Translations under genes and position numbers: made by a program
Assembly: GCA_012960465.1 (NCBI GenBank)
Contig: DUBF01000103.1
Coordinates: forward strand, 12,839 to 76,838
Source of the DNA: Rhodospirillales bacterium
GTDB lineage: Bacteria; Pseudomonadota; Alphaproteobacteria; Rhodospirillales; UBA2165
Length of the DNA stretch: 64,000 bases
Direction: 5' to 3'
Part shown: piece by piece, positions 45,818 to 56,933 of the stretch
How the letters are laid out: the number at the start of each line of letters is the position of its first letter
Numbering within the stretch: the first letter of the stretch is position 1
The notes under the pieces: model-generated
Told to the model about the DNA's origin: nothing
Seen by the model: only the letters and a program-made list of their open reading frames with translations
Databases searched by the model: none

Positions 45818-48082
45818 TTACTTTTGCTCACTAGTCATCTTTTTTGAGTTTAAATTTTTTGTTTTTATTCGCCTATATCTATTTTTTTGTTTTCTTGTTT
45901 TCTTGCCAAACTCTGCGGGGTCAATAATTTTTAGAACTAACGACCCTGAAATAGGGTTGGCTTCTTTTAAAATAACTAGTACGTCCATTCCTAAATAAAA
46001 AACTTTTCCATTACGGGTGCCTTTTAGGGTCATCCGCTTTTCATCAAAATCGTAATAGTCGTCAGGTAGGGATCTAATGGGTGCTAATCCGTCAGCGGCA
46101 GTCTCATCCAAGGTGATAAATAGACCAAATTTTGTAACTCCGTTTACTTTACCCCTAAAGGTATTGCCAATTTTATTAGATAAGTAGGCAACTGAGAAAC
46201 GGTCAATGACATCACGTTCGGCGACTGCAGCTCGACGCTCGGTAACGCTTAAATGGGTTCCAATTTCATCGGTATTGATGGGATCTTTACTTAAAGCTCC
46301 TGCCCCTAACTTTAACCCTGAGATGATTGCGCGGTGGACAATTAGATCTGCATAGCGGCGGATTGGCGAGGTAAAATGGCAATATTTTCGCAGAGCTAAA
46401 CCAAAATGGCCAACATTATTACCAGTATATGTCGCTTGAGATTGGCTACGTAGGGTCATTTGACTGATGGCTTCATAGAAATCATCATCTTTGGCTTGTC
46501 TGAGAATTTGATTGAAATTACGTGGCATTAGAACTTGGCCTTTGGATAATTTATAGCCGATCCCTTTTATAAAGTTTCGGTAGCTTTCTAGATTTTTTGC
46601 TGGTGGTTCATCATGAATTCGATAGAGGCAAGGTTGTTTTTCTTTTTCTAAAGTCACAGCGGCAGCAACATTAGCTGCAATCATGAATTCTTCGATTAGT
46701 TTATGACTAGCAAGTCGGAGACGGGCCTGAACTTCTTGGACTTTACCTTCTTTATCCAGGACAATTTTTTTTTCGGGTAGATCAAGATCAAGCGGCTCTC
46801 GATCTAAACGTTCACGGCTCAGTGCATCGTATGCGCAGTAAAGTGGTTTGATGACGGTGTCAAATAATGGGGCTGTTAGATTATCTAAAGTACCGTCGAC
46901 TGCAGCTTGAACTTGATTATAAGTTAGTCTGGCGTGCGATTTCATCAGCCCGCGTACGAATTGGTGGCGTAGTGTCCGTCCGTTTTTATCTATCCACATG
47001 TGAACTGCCAAACAGGGCCGCTCCTCATTTGGCTTAAGGGAACACCAGCCATTTGATAGCTCCGCAGGCAACATTGGTACGACTTGATCTGGAAAATAGA
47101 CCGAATTACCACGTTCGAAAGCCGTCTTATCGAGTTCATCACCGGGTCGGACGTACCAAGCAACGTCCGCAATTGCTACAATCAGGTGCCAGCCACCAGA
47201 ATTTTTGTTATCGGCATCTGGTTCGGCAAAAACAGCGTCGTCAAAATCTCTGGCATCCTCATCATCTATTGTAATCAATGCAATACTTCGAAGGTCATCA
47301 CGTTTATCGAGTGGCGTTGGCTTTGCATTACCTGCTTCCTCAATTGCAAGATCACTAAACCTGAAGGGAATATTGTGATCATAAAGGGCAATTTTGGTGT
47401 AGGGCTGATCGCCCTTAGTATTAGAAGGCTGATTAATATTTAAAACCTCTATAATTTTTGCTGAACCTCGACCAAGTTTTTTCCCAGTTAGGATTTCAAC
47501 AACAACTAAATCACCCGGCATAGCGTTATTTGCTTCTTCAGGTGTGACGGCGAAGTGAAAACGATATTTGCGGTCAGTTGGTTTTACTATACCCCCTGTG
47601 GAATCTTCTTCGTAAATTCCGAGAATAGTTTTTGGGGCTAAGCCAATCCTTTTGATAATTGAGGCATTATAGCTATTGTCTTTATTGGTTTGAAGCCGCG
47701 CGAGGCATCGGTCACCCTTGCCGAGGGCTGCTTGACGCGATTTACCCCTTTTGATGGGTTTTACATATATTTGAGGAGGAGCATCGTTGTAATCCCAGTT
47801 AAGGGGCGTCGCAATAACATCGCCATATTCATCGGTGCCGGTCACTTCAATTACAGTGACCCGAGGTAGGCGTCCCGATGCAATATATTTTTTGCCATGG
47901 GTTCGCTCAATTTTGCCAGTTTTTTCAAGATTCTTAACGACCTGTTTGACACTATCGCGGTCTTTGGTACCAATTCCGATCATAATATTTCGAATGCCAA
48001 CAGCCTCCCGGTGGCTATTGAGAAAATCGATTATTTTATTCGGTTCGATTAGGACTGCCGGTTTCTTGCCGGTTTTCATCAC
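45818..48082 (-). CDS. rnr: Ribonuclease R
   Basis: 754 aa with the RNB domain (TIDDEDARDFDDAV; HFGLA...YCHFTSPIRRYADLIVHR), a C-terminal S1 domain and a Lys-rich tail. Confidence 0.9.
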   Translation of the reverse strand: MMKTGKKPAVLIEPNKIIDFLNSHREAVGIRNIMIGIGTKDRDSVKQVVKNLEKTGKIERTHGKKYIASGRLPRVTVIEVTGTDEYGDVIATPLNWDYNDAPPQIYVKPIKRGKSRQAALGKGDRCLARLQTNKDNSYNASIIKRIGLAPKTILGIYEEDSTGGIVKPTDRKYRFHFAVTPEEANNAMPGDLVVVEILTGKKLGRGSAKIIEVLNINQPSNTKGDQPYTKIALYDHNIPFRFSDLAIEEAGNAKPTPLDKRDDLRSIALITIDDEDARDFDDAVFAEPDADNKNSGGWHLIVAIADVAWYVRPGDELDKTAFERGNSVYFPDQVVPMLPAELSNGWCSLKPNEERPCLAVHMWIDKNGRTLRHQFVRGLMKSHARLTYNQVQAAVDGTLDNLTAPLFDTVIKPLYCAYDALSRERLDREPLDLDLPEKKIVLDKEGKVQEVQARLRLASHKLIEEFMIAANVAAAVTLEKEKQPCLYRIHDEPPAKNLESYRNFIKGIGYKLSKGQVLMPRNFNQILRQAKDDDFYEAISQMTLRSQSQATYTGNNVGHFGLALRKYCHFTSPIRRYADLIVHRAIISGLKLGAGALSKDPINTDEIGTHLSVTERRAAVAERDVIDRFSVAYLSNKIGNTFRGKVNGVTKFGLFITLDETAADGLAPIRSLPDDYYDFDEKRMTLKGTRNGKVFYLGMDVLVILKEANPISGSLVLKIIDPAEFGKKTRKQKNRYRRIKTKNLNSKKMTSEQK

Positions 48083-50763
48083 GATTCTGTATCGATTTGA
48101 CTGTCTGCTGGCTCAGGCACAATGATTGGTATTTCACCTAAAGGCTTTTCTGAAGTATTCTTTTTAGTGGAAGCTTTTTTCTTAGATACTTTGTTTTTGG
48201 CTCCCGCTTTATTCTTGGCTTTAGTCTTATCTCCTTTGGCGGCGAGCCAGGTTAGGGCTAATTCCAAACCCGGAGTTTCTTGCTCGTCTTCATCACCTTT
48301 TGGTTTTTTCATATCTTTGGGCATATTAGCTTTAATTTTGCCATGTTGAACAAATGGCCCCCAGCGACCCCAGCGCATCATCACAGGTTTTTTGGTTCGG
48401 GGATGTATGCCAACTTCACGGGGTTCGGGTTTTTTTGGCGCGTTTGCTAGTAGATCACAAGCTCGGTTAAGGCCGATTGTTAGAACATCATCTTCTTTAA
48501 GAGACACATAGGTGCCGGCTAATTTAATAAATGGTCCGAAAGGTCCGATCCCAGCTGTTATCATTTGGCCCGTCTCTGGGTAAACACCAACGTCGCGAGG
48601 CAATTCAAGTAGCTTTAGGGCCATTTTTAAATCAACTTCGCTAGGGTCCATCGCTTTTGTGAGGGAACTTCTTTTAGGTTTTTTTTTGCCTTCACCTTCC
48701 CCAAGTTGTATGTAAAAACCATAGGGTCCGCGCCGGAGGGTAATATCAAAACCAAGTTCTGGGTGTTTACCAAGATCTTTGGGGCCATTATCTGTAATTT
48801 CAGTGCCATCTCCGTCACCGAGGGAAAGTGGACGGGTGTGGCGGCAGTCGGGATAGCGCGAGCAGCCTATAAAAGCACCGTGACGGCCTAGTTTTAGGCT
48901 CAATTCACCTTCGGGACAAGATGGGCACTGGCGTGGATTGCCATCGCCATTATCATGAAAAAAATGTGGGCCTAAGATATCATTAAGAACATCAAGGACT
49001 TCACGCACGCGTAAATCCGCAGTTCCATCTACAGCTGTTTTGAAATGGGTCCAGAAATCAAGCAGGACGGATTTATAGTCTAGTTTACCATCAGAGATTT
49101 TATCGAGTTTTTCTTCAAGATCAGCAGTAAAACTATATTCTACATATTGGCTAAAGAAGCTAGAGAGAAATGCTGTCACCAAACGGCCCCGATCTTCTGA
49201 GAAAAACCGGCGATTTTCGACACGTACATAATTACGGTCCTGTAAAACCGAAATAATTGATGCATAAGTTGACGGGCGTCCAATTCCAAGTTCCTCAAGT
49301 TTTTTAACCAAACTCGCCTCTGAAAATCTTGGTGGTGGCTGAGTAAAATGTTGTTCTGGAAATACCTGGTTTTGGTTTAAGCTTTCGCCTTCTTTGAGTG
49401 GAGGCAGTATTCGTTCTTTATCATCTTGATCGTCGTGCGTTCCATCTCTCTTTTCATCTTTACCTTCTTGATATACACGCAGGAAACCATCAAAGGCGAT
49501 GATGGAGCCTGTGGATCGTAAGGTAATTTCATTATCGATTCCGGAGGTGCCCTGGGGCCTTATGTCGACGGCAACTTGATCAAGCACAGCTTGTTCCATT
49601 TGACTGGCTGCCGTCCGATTCCAAATTAATTGATATAATTTCCGTTGATCTTCGTCCAGCATAGTAAGGTCTTTTGGCAAGCGTTTTATATCGGTCGGAC
49701 GCACTGCCTCGTGGGCTTCTTGAGCATTTTTAGCTTTGGTTGTATAAACGCGTGGGTTAGCTGGTATATACTTCGAGCCATAGGCACTACTGACATAATC
49801 TCTGATCCCAGTGATGGCCTCTTGAGAAATTGATACGCCATCTGTCCTCATATATGTTATGAGACCTGTAGTTTCTCCATTGAGTGTTACCCCTTCATAG
49901 AGGCGTTGCGCGGTCTGCATAGTTTTTTTTGCGCCAAAATGAAGTTTTCGTGCGGCCTCTTGTTGGAGGGTTGACGTGGTGAACGGTGGAGCAGGATTGC
50001 GTCTTGACTGTTTTTTTTCAACTTTAGAGACAGTAAAGTTTGATGCTTTTATTTTTGTAACGGCATTTTGCGCATCTTGTTCATTCTTAAGATCTAGTTT
50101 ATCGAGCCGTTCCCCATTTAAATGTGTAAGATTTGCATTAAAGGACTGACCCGATGATTTTTCAAACGCCACTTTGACAGACCAATATTCAACTGGGTTA
50201 AACGCTTCTATTTCTGTTTCACGCTCACAGATCATGCGTAACGCTACAGATTGTACACGCCCAGCCGAACGACTTCCGGGTAATTTTCGCCACAAGACCG
50301 GCGAAAGTGTAAAACCAACGAGATAATCTAGTGCCCGGCGCGCGAGATAGGCATCGACTAATTCTTTATCTAATTCACGAGGATGATTGAATGCATCTAA
50401 AATAGCTGTCTTGGTGATCTCGTTGAACACAACACGTTTAACGTCGACCCCCTCTAATAATTTTTTTTCGTTTAGAACTTCTTGTACATGCCAAGAAATT
50501 GCCTCGCCTTCACGGTCTGGGTCAGTTGCAAGATATAAGCGATCTGCGCCCTTCATGGCGGCTATAATTTCTTTGATCTGTTTTTGAGATTTACCGCTGG
50601 TTTCCCAAATCATGTTAAAATTCTCATCTGGATTTACGGAACCGTTTTTGGATGGCAAGTCACGGATATGGCCAACACTTGCGAGAACTTTATAGTCCTC
50701 ACCTAAATACTTGTTAATAGTTTTCGCTTTTGATGGCGATTCGACAATTACAACATTCGACAT
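48079..50763 (-). CDS. topA: DNA topoisomerase I
   Basis: 894 aa with a Toprim N-terminus (VIVESPSKAKTI; LATDPDREGEAI), the active-site region (LITYMRTDG), a Zn-ribbon (CPSCPEGEL...GCSRYPDC) and a Lys-rich tail. It overlaps rnr by 4 nt. Confidence 0.95.
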   Translation of the reverse strand: MSNVVIVESPSKAKTINKYLGEDYKVLASVGHIRDLPSKNGSVNPDENFNMIWETSGKSQKQIKEIIAAMKGADRLYLATDPDREGEAISWHVQEVLNEKKLLEGVDVKRVVFNEITKTAILDAFNHPRELDKELVDAYLARRALDYLVGFTLSPVLWRKLPGSRSAGRVQSVALRMICERETEIEAFNPVEYWSVKVAFEKSSGQSFNANLTHLNGERLDKLDLKNEQDAQNAVTKIKASNFTVSKVEKKQSRRNPAPPFTTSTLQQEAARKLHFGAKKTMQTAQRLYEGVTLNGETTGLITYMRTDGVSISQEAITGIRDYVSSAYGSKYIPANPRVYTTKAKNAQEAHEAVRPTDIKRLPKDLTMLDEDQRKLYQLIWNRTAASQMEQAVLDQVAVDIRPQGTSGIDNEITLRSTGSIIAFDGFLRVYQEGKDEKRDGTHDDQDDKERILPPLKEGESLNQNQVFPEQHFTQPPPRFSEASLVKKLEELGIGRPSTYASIISVLQDRNYVRVENRRFFSEDRGRLVTAFLSSFFSQYVEYSFTADLEEKLDKISDGKLDYKSVLLDFWTHFKTAVDGTADLRVREVLDVLNDILGPHFFHDNGDGNPRQCPSCPEGELSLKLGRHGAFIGCSRYPDCRHTRPLSLGDGDGTEITDNGPKDLGKHPELGFDITLRRGPYGFYIQLGEGEGKKKPKRSSLTKAMDPSEVDLKMALKLLELPRDVGVYPETGQMITAGIGPFGPFIKLAGTYVSLKEDDVLTIGLNRACDLLANAPKKPEPREVGIHPRTKKPVMMRWGRWGPFVQHGKIKANMPKDMKKPKGDEDEQETPGLELALTWLAAKGDKTKAKNKAGAKNKVSKKKASTKKNTSEKPLGEIPIIVPEPADSQIDTES

Positions 50764-51092
50764 TTTTAATTTTCTAGTTAGCTAATAAATTCGACACAGT
50801 TGTTTTGATGGCCTCCAAAATGATCTGTAAAAATCAAATTTACAGGACTGTCGGCATCACTGCAGTGGACATGTGGCACCGCCAAATGATTTCGTCAACA
50901 CTAACTCGTAAAGTAATTAAATTTTTTTTCTTATAGGGTCGACTTAATTGTTTCTGTAGTTGGTTCGATTAGAGCATATTATTCCCTTTGTTCCAGTGCT
51001 TTATAATTTTTTTAATAGATTAAAATTGTACTGAAATAGAATTTGGGTGTTAATCGTAAAATTTTCTCAATTCGTACTTTACCGACTAATAG

Positions 51093-51722
51093 TTAATTTG
51101 GCGCGCCAATTTTTTTCTCGTTGCCGGTAATTAGTTTGCGGATATTTGCATGGTGACGAATGATAGCAAGAATTGCCAGGGATGAAGCAAGAACGAAAAT
51201 TTCTTCTCGGTCTAGATACAGTGCGTAAAATGGTGATGCGACTATAGAAATAATGCCGGCTAACGAGGAGTACCTGAAGATTACTGCTGCGATGACCCAA
51301 GTAATGCAGGTGGTTATTCCAACTGGCCAGGCGATAGCAAGTAATGTTCCGAGCGTGGTTGCAACACCTTTACCCCCCTGAAATCGTAACCAGATTGGGA
51401 AGTTATGGCCTATCACAGCGGCGATGCCTGCGAAGATGCTAAGTTCAAACCCATTTTCACTGCTTGGGTAGACATGGTAGGCAAGTAACACGGCGAAGCC
51501 ACCTTTACCTGAGTCTAGTAATAATGTTAAAAGAGCAAGTTTTTTACTACCTGTTCTAAGTACGTTAGTTGCTCCAACATTACCAGAACCGAATTCCCTG
51601 ATATCACCTAATCCTGATAACCGTGTCAGAACTAAACCAAAGGGAATTGAACCTAGAAGGTAAGCTAGGGCCGTAACTACAAGGTGTGACGGCGAAATCA
51701 TAGCAATCCCATTTTCCAGCAT
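51093..51722 (-). CDS. plsY: Glycerol-3-phosphate acyltransferase PlsY
   Basis: 209 aa with LLGSIPFG...GSGNVGATNVLR and HNFPIWLRFQGGKGVAT. Confidence 0.9.
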   Translation of the reverse strand: MLENGIAMISPSHLVVTALAYLLGSIPFGLVLTRLSGLGDIREFGSGNVGATNVLRTGSKKLALLTLLLDSGKGGFAVLLAYHVYPSSENGFELSIFAGIAAVIGHNFPIWLRFQGGKGVATTLGTLLAIAWPVGITTCITWVIAAVIFRYSSLAGIISIVASPFYALYLDREEIFVLASSLAILAIIRHHANIRKLITGNEKKIGAPN

Positions 51723-51726
51723 TTAT

Positions 51727-53073
51727 TTAAGCTTCTTCATGTTGAAAAACTGTACGGCCATCAATAACTGTACGCATCACAACACCCTGCACCAAACGAA
51801 GATCGAATGGGGTGTTCTTGGCCTTACTTACAAGATCGGTATCTTTGACCTGCCAACCTCGTTCAGGATCAAATAACATCAGATCCGCCGCCGCGTCTTT
51901 GGCGAGGGTTCCCGCAGATAAATTGAAAAGCACCGCTGGCACATGGGTAATCTTTCCTAGTGTGTCCAGTAATGACATTTCACCGTTATGATAAAGGTCC
52001 AGACTTACTGCTAGCAAGGTTTCTAGGCCTACACCTCCGGATTCAGCTTGAGTGAATGGTAAGCGTTTACTATCTGCATCTTGAGGAGTGTGGTCACTCG
52101 CAATTGCGTCAATAGTGCCATCTTTAAGACCGGCAATGATTGCTTTGCGGTCATCTTCTGAACGCAGCGGTGGTGAGAGCTTGGCGAAAGTGCGATAATT
52201 ACCAATCGATTGATCGTTCAGTGCAAAATAGGGGGGGGCAGTATCACAAGTAATATTCAATCCGCGCGCTTTGCCTTTTCGAATAACATCAACAGCCTCT
52301 CCCGTCGAAATATGGGCAAAATGAAGTTTGCCACCTGTCATTTCAACTAGGCGTAAATCACGCTCAACAATTATAATTTCAGCTTCTCTCGGAATTCCAG
52401 GAAGGCCGAGCCTGGTAGCCGTTTCGCTAGCATTCATGCCTCCCGGTGGAACTAAACTCGGTTCTTCCGGATGTTGAACAATCAGAAGATTAAACGTTCG
52501 GGCATAACTGAGGGCTCGTCGCAAGACCTGCGCGTTAGCAATTGCTCGGTCTCCATCAGTAAAAGCCATGGCGCCGGCTTCAGCAAGAATGCCTATCTCA
52601 GTTAGTTCTTCACCCTTTAAATCTTTGGTTAGAGCCGCATAAGGATAAATTTTTGACAGGCCGATTTTGCGTGCTCTGCGAGCTACAAATTCGACTTGTG
52701 ACATATCTGCAATAATAGGTTTTGTGTTTGGCAGGCAAACCATTGTTGTTACGCCGCCTGCGGTCGCGGCGCGCCCAGCACTCTCGATCGTGCCTTTATG
52801 CTCGTAGCCAGGCTCACGAACCTGCACACGAATATCAACCAGGCCGGGACTTAAACAAAAACCTTCCCCATCAATTTCTTCAGCATTCTTCGGTATGCCA
52901 TTTTTAAAAATATTTGGGCCTATATTAGAAATCCGTTTTCCATCTGTAAGCAATCCACCAGTGCTATCGCAAACTATGTCGAGTTTCGATTTGGGGTCAA
53001 GAAGACGCACGTTTGTATAAGCCTTCAGGCCTAAGGCCTCATCTGGCTGGGCGGCGGTCCAATAGCCAGTCAT
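51727..53073 (-). CDS. Dihydroorotase-like protein lacking the HxH metal motif (PyrC'/PyrX type; probably non-catalytic)
   Basis: The ORF extends to 53127. The ATG at 53073 overlaps the pyrB stop (ATGA). It has the amidohydrolase fold, but the DxHxH position reads [11 protein letters not shown]. Confidence 0.8.
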   Translation of the reverse strand: MTGYWTAAQPDEALGLKAYTNVRLLDPKSKLDIVCDSTGGLLTDGKRISNIGPNIFKNGIPKNAEEIDGEGFCLSPGLVDIRVQVREPGYEHKGTIESAGRAATAGGVTTMVCLPNTKPIIADMSQVEFVARRARKIGLSKIYPYAALTKDLKGEELTEIGILAEAGAMAFTDGDRAIANAQVLRRALSYARTFNLLIVQHPEEPSLVPPGGMNASETATRLGLPGIPREAEIIIVERDLRLVEMTGGKLHFAHISTGEAVDVIRKGKARGLNITCDTAPPYFALNDQSIGNYRTFAKLSPPLRSEDDRKAIIAGLKDGTIDAIASDHTPQDADSKRLPFTQAESGGVGLETLLAVSLDLYHNGEMSLLDTLGKITHVPAVLFNLSAGTLAKDAAADLMLFDPERGWQVKDTDLVSKAKNTPFDLRLVQGVVMRTVIDGRTVFQHEEA

Positions 53074-54041
53074 GCTTTGGCCTCCATTAATTCTCTCTGA
53101 AGGTTTCTTGATAAAATGTCGAGACAAGCCATTCGGACGGCAACCCCCATCTCAACCTGCTCTCGGATTACGCTTCGGCTGTAATCATCAGCAACTTCTG
53201 AATCAATTTCTACACCGCGGTTGGCAGGACCCGGATGCATTATTAGCGCGTCGGGTTTAGCGACAGATAGTTTTTCGTAGTCTAATCCAAAGAAATGGAA
53301 ATATTCGCGTATAGATGGAAAAAAATTCCCGTGCATGCGCTCATTCTGAAGTCGCAACATCATTACAATGTCGCAACCATTTAACCCCTCTTTCATATTA
53401 TGGAATATTTTGACACCTAAATTTTTAGCACCTGATGGAATGAGGGTCATTGGGGCAACCAATCTCACTTGAGCGCCCATTGTTACTAGAAGATAAATGT
53501 TTGATCTAGCAACTCGTGAATGCAAGATATCGCCACAGATAGCGATTTTAAGCCCCTGTAGAGTGCCTCTGCGTCGTTTTATTGTCAGTGCATCCAGGAG
53601 CGCTTGTGTTGGATGTTCATGGCTGCCATCGCCTGCATTAATGACGGCGCAATTAACTTTCTCTGCTAGTAATTGGACGGCTCCAGATAAGCCTGCACGG
53701 ACAACTAACACCTCAGGGTGCATCGCGTTGAGGGTTGATGCTGTATCAATCAGGGTTTCTCCCTTATTTACGGAGGAAGTGCCTACCGACATATTAATTA
53801 CGTCAGCGCTTAATCGTTTGCCTGCTAGCTCAAATGATGTTCGCGTGCGAGTAGAGTCCTCAAAAAAGAGATTAATTATTGTTCGGCCGTGTAGGAGGTC
53901 GACTTTCTTATCGGCACGTCTATTCTGTGCAACATATTGATCAGATTTGTCTAAAATACAGGAAATTTCACCAACTGAAAGCCCCTCTATACCAAGTAAA
54001 TGGCGATGGGGATAAGCTAATATTTTTGGGCTACTTGCCAT
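53070..54041 (-). CDS. pyrB: Aspartate carbamoyltransferase catalytic subunit
   Basis: 323 aa with [23 protein letters not shown] and [11 protein letters not shown]. Confidence 0.95.
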   Translation of the reverse strand: MASSPKILAYPHRHLLGIEGLSVGEISCILDKSDQYVAQNRRADKKVDLLHGRTIINLFFEDSTRTRTSFELAGKRLSADVINMSVGTSSVNKGETLIDTASTLNAMHPEVLVVRAGLSGAVQLLAEKVNCAVINAGDGSHEHPTQALLDALTIKRRRGTLQGLKIAICGDILHSRVARSNIYLLVTMGAQVRLVAPMTLIPSGAKNLGVKIFHNMKEGLNGCDIVMMLRLQNERMHGNFFPSIREYFHFFGLDYEKLSVAKPDALIMHPGPANRGVEIDSEVADDYSRSVIREQVEMGVAVRMACLDILSRNLQRELMEAKA

Positions 54042-54109
54042 TAAAAGTGGACTATAGGGCTGACTTCCGATTAGGGCAAGTAAATGTGGTGAAGAAATAA
54101 CATTTTATT

Positions 54110-54601
54110 TTACCGGCTGTTAGGTGATGTTGGGAGAGAATCGATGGCTCCTTGTAAAATATAAGTGGCAGCTAATTTGTCGACTACCCGGCTTCTTTGT
54201 TTTCGGGTTATATCTGCCTCGCTAGTAAGAAATCGTTGGACCGCTGAAGTTGATAAACGTTCATCCCAGAAAGTGATACCAATTTCAATTTGGTTAATTA
54301 CATTGGTGCTAAATTGACGAATAGACTGACAAGCCGGACCCTCCGTTCCATCCATACTGATAGGTAGACCAATAACCAAGCCACCAATAGAACGGTTTTC
54401 GATAATTTCTTTAAGTTGCTCTAAATCTCTTGTGAATTTGGTGCGACGAATTGTGTCAACTGCCACTGCGACTTTAAAATTACTGTCTGAAATCGCTAGC
54501 CCTATGGTTTTAGTGCCAACATCTAGACCGAGCAGGCGAGCCCCACCTGGCAGATGTCTAATCATCTCTGAAATGGTTTTGTATGAAAGTTGGTTGTTCA
54601 T
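54110..54601 (-). CDS. ruvX: YqgF/RuvX putative pre-16S rRNA nuclease (Holliday-junction-resolvase-like)
   Basis: 163 aa with LGLDVGTKTIGLAISD...DERLST. Confidence 0.85.
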   Translation of the reverse strand: MNNQLSYKTISEMIRHLPGGARLLGLDVGTKTIGLAISDSNFKVAVAVDTIRRTKFTRDLEQLKEIIENRSIGGLVIGLPISMDGTEGPACQSIRQFSTNVINQIEIGITFWDERLSTSAVQRFLTSEADITRKQRSRVVDKLAATYILQGAIDSLPTSPNSR

Positions 54602-54765
54602 AAAATTAGAATAGTCCCAAATCTTTAAAATTCGAACGTTTTTAATAGATATTGAGAAAAAAGTTTCATTTGTTGAAAAAATATGATTTTTCTAATTCCA
54701 AAATTGCGTTAAATGTTAAAAATTAGCAGTTGAAATAAAAATAATTATTTTGGGAAGGAAAGATC

Positions 54766-55830
54766 ATGCGACCTAGAAGTTTTGGTGTAAGGGTTAACAA
54801 TCAAGAAAAAGCAACACAAGGTTTTACCCTTTATTCGCCTCTCTGGGATAAAAAAACATCTTTAATCAATATGGACGGTGATGTTGTTCATGAATGGGAT
54901 TTGCCAGGCAATCCTGGCGGCTACGCTCGATTGCTACCTAATGGAAATTTATTTTATTCTGCATGTACAGATGGTGGTCCGCCGTTTAAAGGAGGGGCTA
55001 AAGGCGGACTTATTCGCGAAGTTGATTGGGATAATAATATAATTATGGAATATCGTGATGACTGGCAGCATCATGATTTACGAAAACTCTCTAATGGCAA
55101 CATACTTTATGCTGGATGGGAAATAATACCGGAAGAAGCGGCAAAGCGTGTTAAGGGCGGTATGCCGGGAACAGAGATGCCGGAGGGAATTGTAGGTGAT
55201 TTTATTAAAGAAGTAACGCCTGATGGAGACGTTGTATGGGAATGGCACGCATATTCAGATATGGAAATTGAAAAATACGAATTACATCCGCTTTGTCCTC
55301 GTCGTGTATTTGCGTGGTGTAATACGACCTTCCCATTGGATAATGGCGATATATTGATCAGCCTACGCCAGATTAACTTGGTTGCAATCATAGACCGTGA
55401 AACGAAAAAATTTAAATGGGAGCGTAGGGATGATAGCTGGGGTCATCAACATGACTGCCAGATGTTAGACAATGGAAATATTATGCTTTTTGCTAATGGC
55501 ATGAATACACCAATTCCACACCCGCATTCTTATATTACCGAGTTTAATCCGCATACGAATGAAGTAGTTTGGGAGTATCGTGATGATCCCTGCAATTTCT
55601 TTTATTCTCACCATATTAGTGGTGCGGAACGTCTGACGACTGGTAATACATTAATATGTGAAGGCTCTTTTGGCAGAATTTTTGAGGTTACTGCAGAAAA
55701 AGAAATAGTTTGGGAGTTTGTTAACCCTAAATTTGACCCGACGTTTATGGGTGATACAGCGAATTGGATCTTCCGAGCTTTTCGTTATGCCGAGAGTTCG
55801 CCTGAAATTGCTGGTCGGGTTTCGCTTTAA
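54766..55830 (+). CDS. Arylsulfotransferase-like (ASST family) beta-propeller protein with no signal peptide
   Basis: 354 aa with repeated GN-aromatic beta-propeller blades (LPNGNLFYS; LSNGNILYAG; LDNGDILISL; LDNGNIMLFANG; LTTGNTLICEG), as in ASST-type proteins. The family call is from memory only. Confidence 0.5.
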   Translation: MRPRSFGVRVNNQEKATQGFTLYSPLWDKKTSLINMDGDVVHEWDLPGNPGGYARLLPNGNLFYSACTDGGPPFKGGAKGGLIREVDWDNNIIMEYRDDWQHHDLRKLSNGNILYAGWEIIPEEAAKRVKGGMPGTEMPEGIVGDFIKEVTPDGDVVWEWHAYSDMEIEKYELHPLCPRRVFAWCNTTFPLDNGDILISLRQINLVAIIDRETKKFKWERRDDSWGHQHDCQMLDNGNIMLFANGMNTPIPHPHSYITEFNPHTNEVVWEYRDDPCNFFYSHHISGAERLTTGNTLICEGSFGRIFEVTAEKEIVWEFVNPKFDPTFMGDTANWIFRAFRYAESSPEIAGRVSL

Positions 55831-55921
55831 ATCAATTTATGAATCTTTATTAAGGTATTACCCGCTATTCTATTACCAAAGATAATTTATAAAAGATACG
55901 TGAGAAAGGCCTATCGTTGCT

Positions 55922-56899
55922 TTATGGAGCTGTGGAAAAAGTGTCGAAGGCCTCTTCCCATGTTCCCTGAGTGGCTGCTTTAGAATACTCTGTCGCTTTG
56001 TTTTCAAAGAAATTAACATGCTCCACGGCACTGAGCATGGCGTCTAGCCATGGTAATGGATGCTTATTAATTTTATATACTGGTTCAAGATGTAACTGTG
56101 ATAGTCGCCTGTCAGCGATGTATCTGATATAAGATTTGACATCATCAGCTGTGAGACCTTCAACTGGGCCAAGGGCAAACGCCAAGTCAATAAAAGCATC
56201 CTCGTGAGTAATAATAGTTTCACACGCGTTATAAAGATCTCGCTCCAGTTCTGGTGTATTCACTTCGGGATTTTCTGAGAGAAATGTGTGAAATAGTTTA
56301 ATTGCCGATTGGCAATGGAGGCTTTCGTCTCGCACTGACCAAGTAATGATCTGGCCCATGCCTTTCATTTTATTAAAGCGAGGAAAATTCAATAACATTG
56401 CAAAGCTAGCAAAAAGTTGCAGGCCCTCGGTGAACCCACCAAATACAGCAAGTGTTCGGGCAATATCTTCATTTGACCCAACATTGAATCCTTGCATGTA
56501 GTCGAATTTATCTTTCATTTCTTTATATTGAAGGAAGGCAGAATACTCTGTTTCTGGCATTCCAATAGTGTCTAATAGGTGTGAGTAGGCCGCAATGTGA
56601 ACCGTTTCAATATTAGAGAAAGCGGCCAGCATCATTTGTACCTCGGTAGGTTGAAAAACCTGAGCATAATGCCGCATGTAGCAGTTATTGACTTCGATAT
56701 CTGATTGCGTGAAGAACCGAAAGATCTGGGTCATTAAATGTTGTTCTGACTCGGATAACTTGTCATGCCAATCTCTAACATCGTCAGCTAATGGCACCTC
56801 TTCTGGCAACCAGTGGACTTGTTGTTGTATCAACCACGCATCGTAGCACCAAGGGTAGGCAAATGGCTTATATACTGGGTTTGCATTCAGGAGTGACAT
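55922..56899 (-). CDS. nrdB: Class I ribonucleotide reductase beta subunit
   Basis: 325 aa. Metal ligands and the radical Tyr are present (FFTQSDIEV; SNIETVHIAAYSHLL; FTEGLQLFASF; VRDESLHCQ), as is the C-terminal EEAFDTF tail. Confidence 0.9.
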   Translation of the reverse strand: MSLLNANPVYKPFAYPWCYDAWLIQQQVHWLPEEVPLADDVRDWHDKLSESEQHLMTQIFRFFTQSDIEVNNCYMRHYAQVFQPTEVQMMLAAFSNIETVHIAAYSHLLDTIGMPETEYSAFLQYKEMKDKFDYMQGFNVGSNEDIARTLAVFGGFTEGLQLFASFAMLLNFPRFNKMKGMGQIITWSVRDESLHCQSAIKLFHTFLSENPEVNTPELERDLYNACETIITHEDAFIDLAFALGPVEGLTADDVKSYIRYIADRRLSQLHLEPVYKINKHPLPWLDAMLSAVEHVNFFENKATEYSKAATQGTWEEAFDTFSTAP

Positions 56900-56933
56900 T
56901 ATTAATTAACCTTTTGAGCTTTGCTGTCAATTT

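Noticed and set aside
53497-53940. 147-aa ORF on the plus strand
   Set aside because: It is antisense within pyrB, has no recognisable motif and is Arg/Ser-rich.
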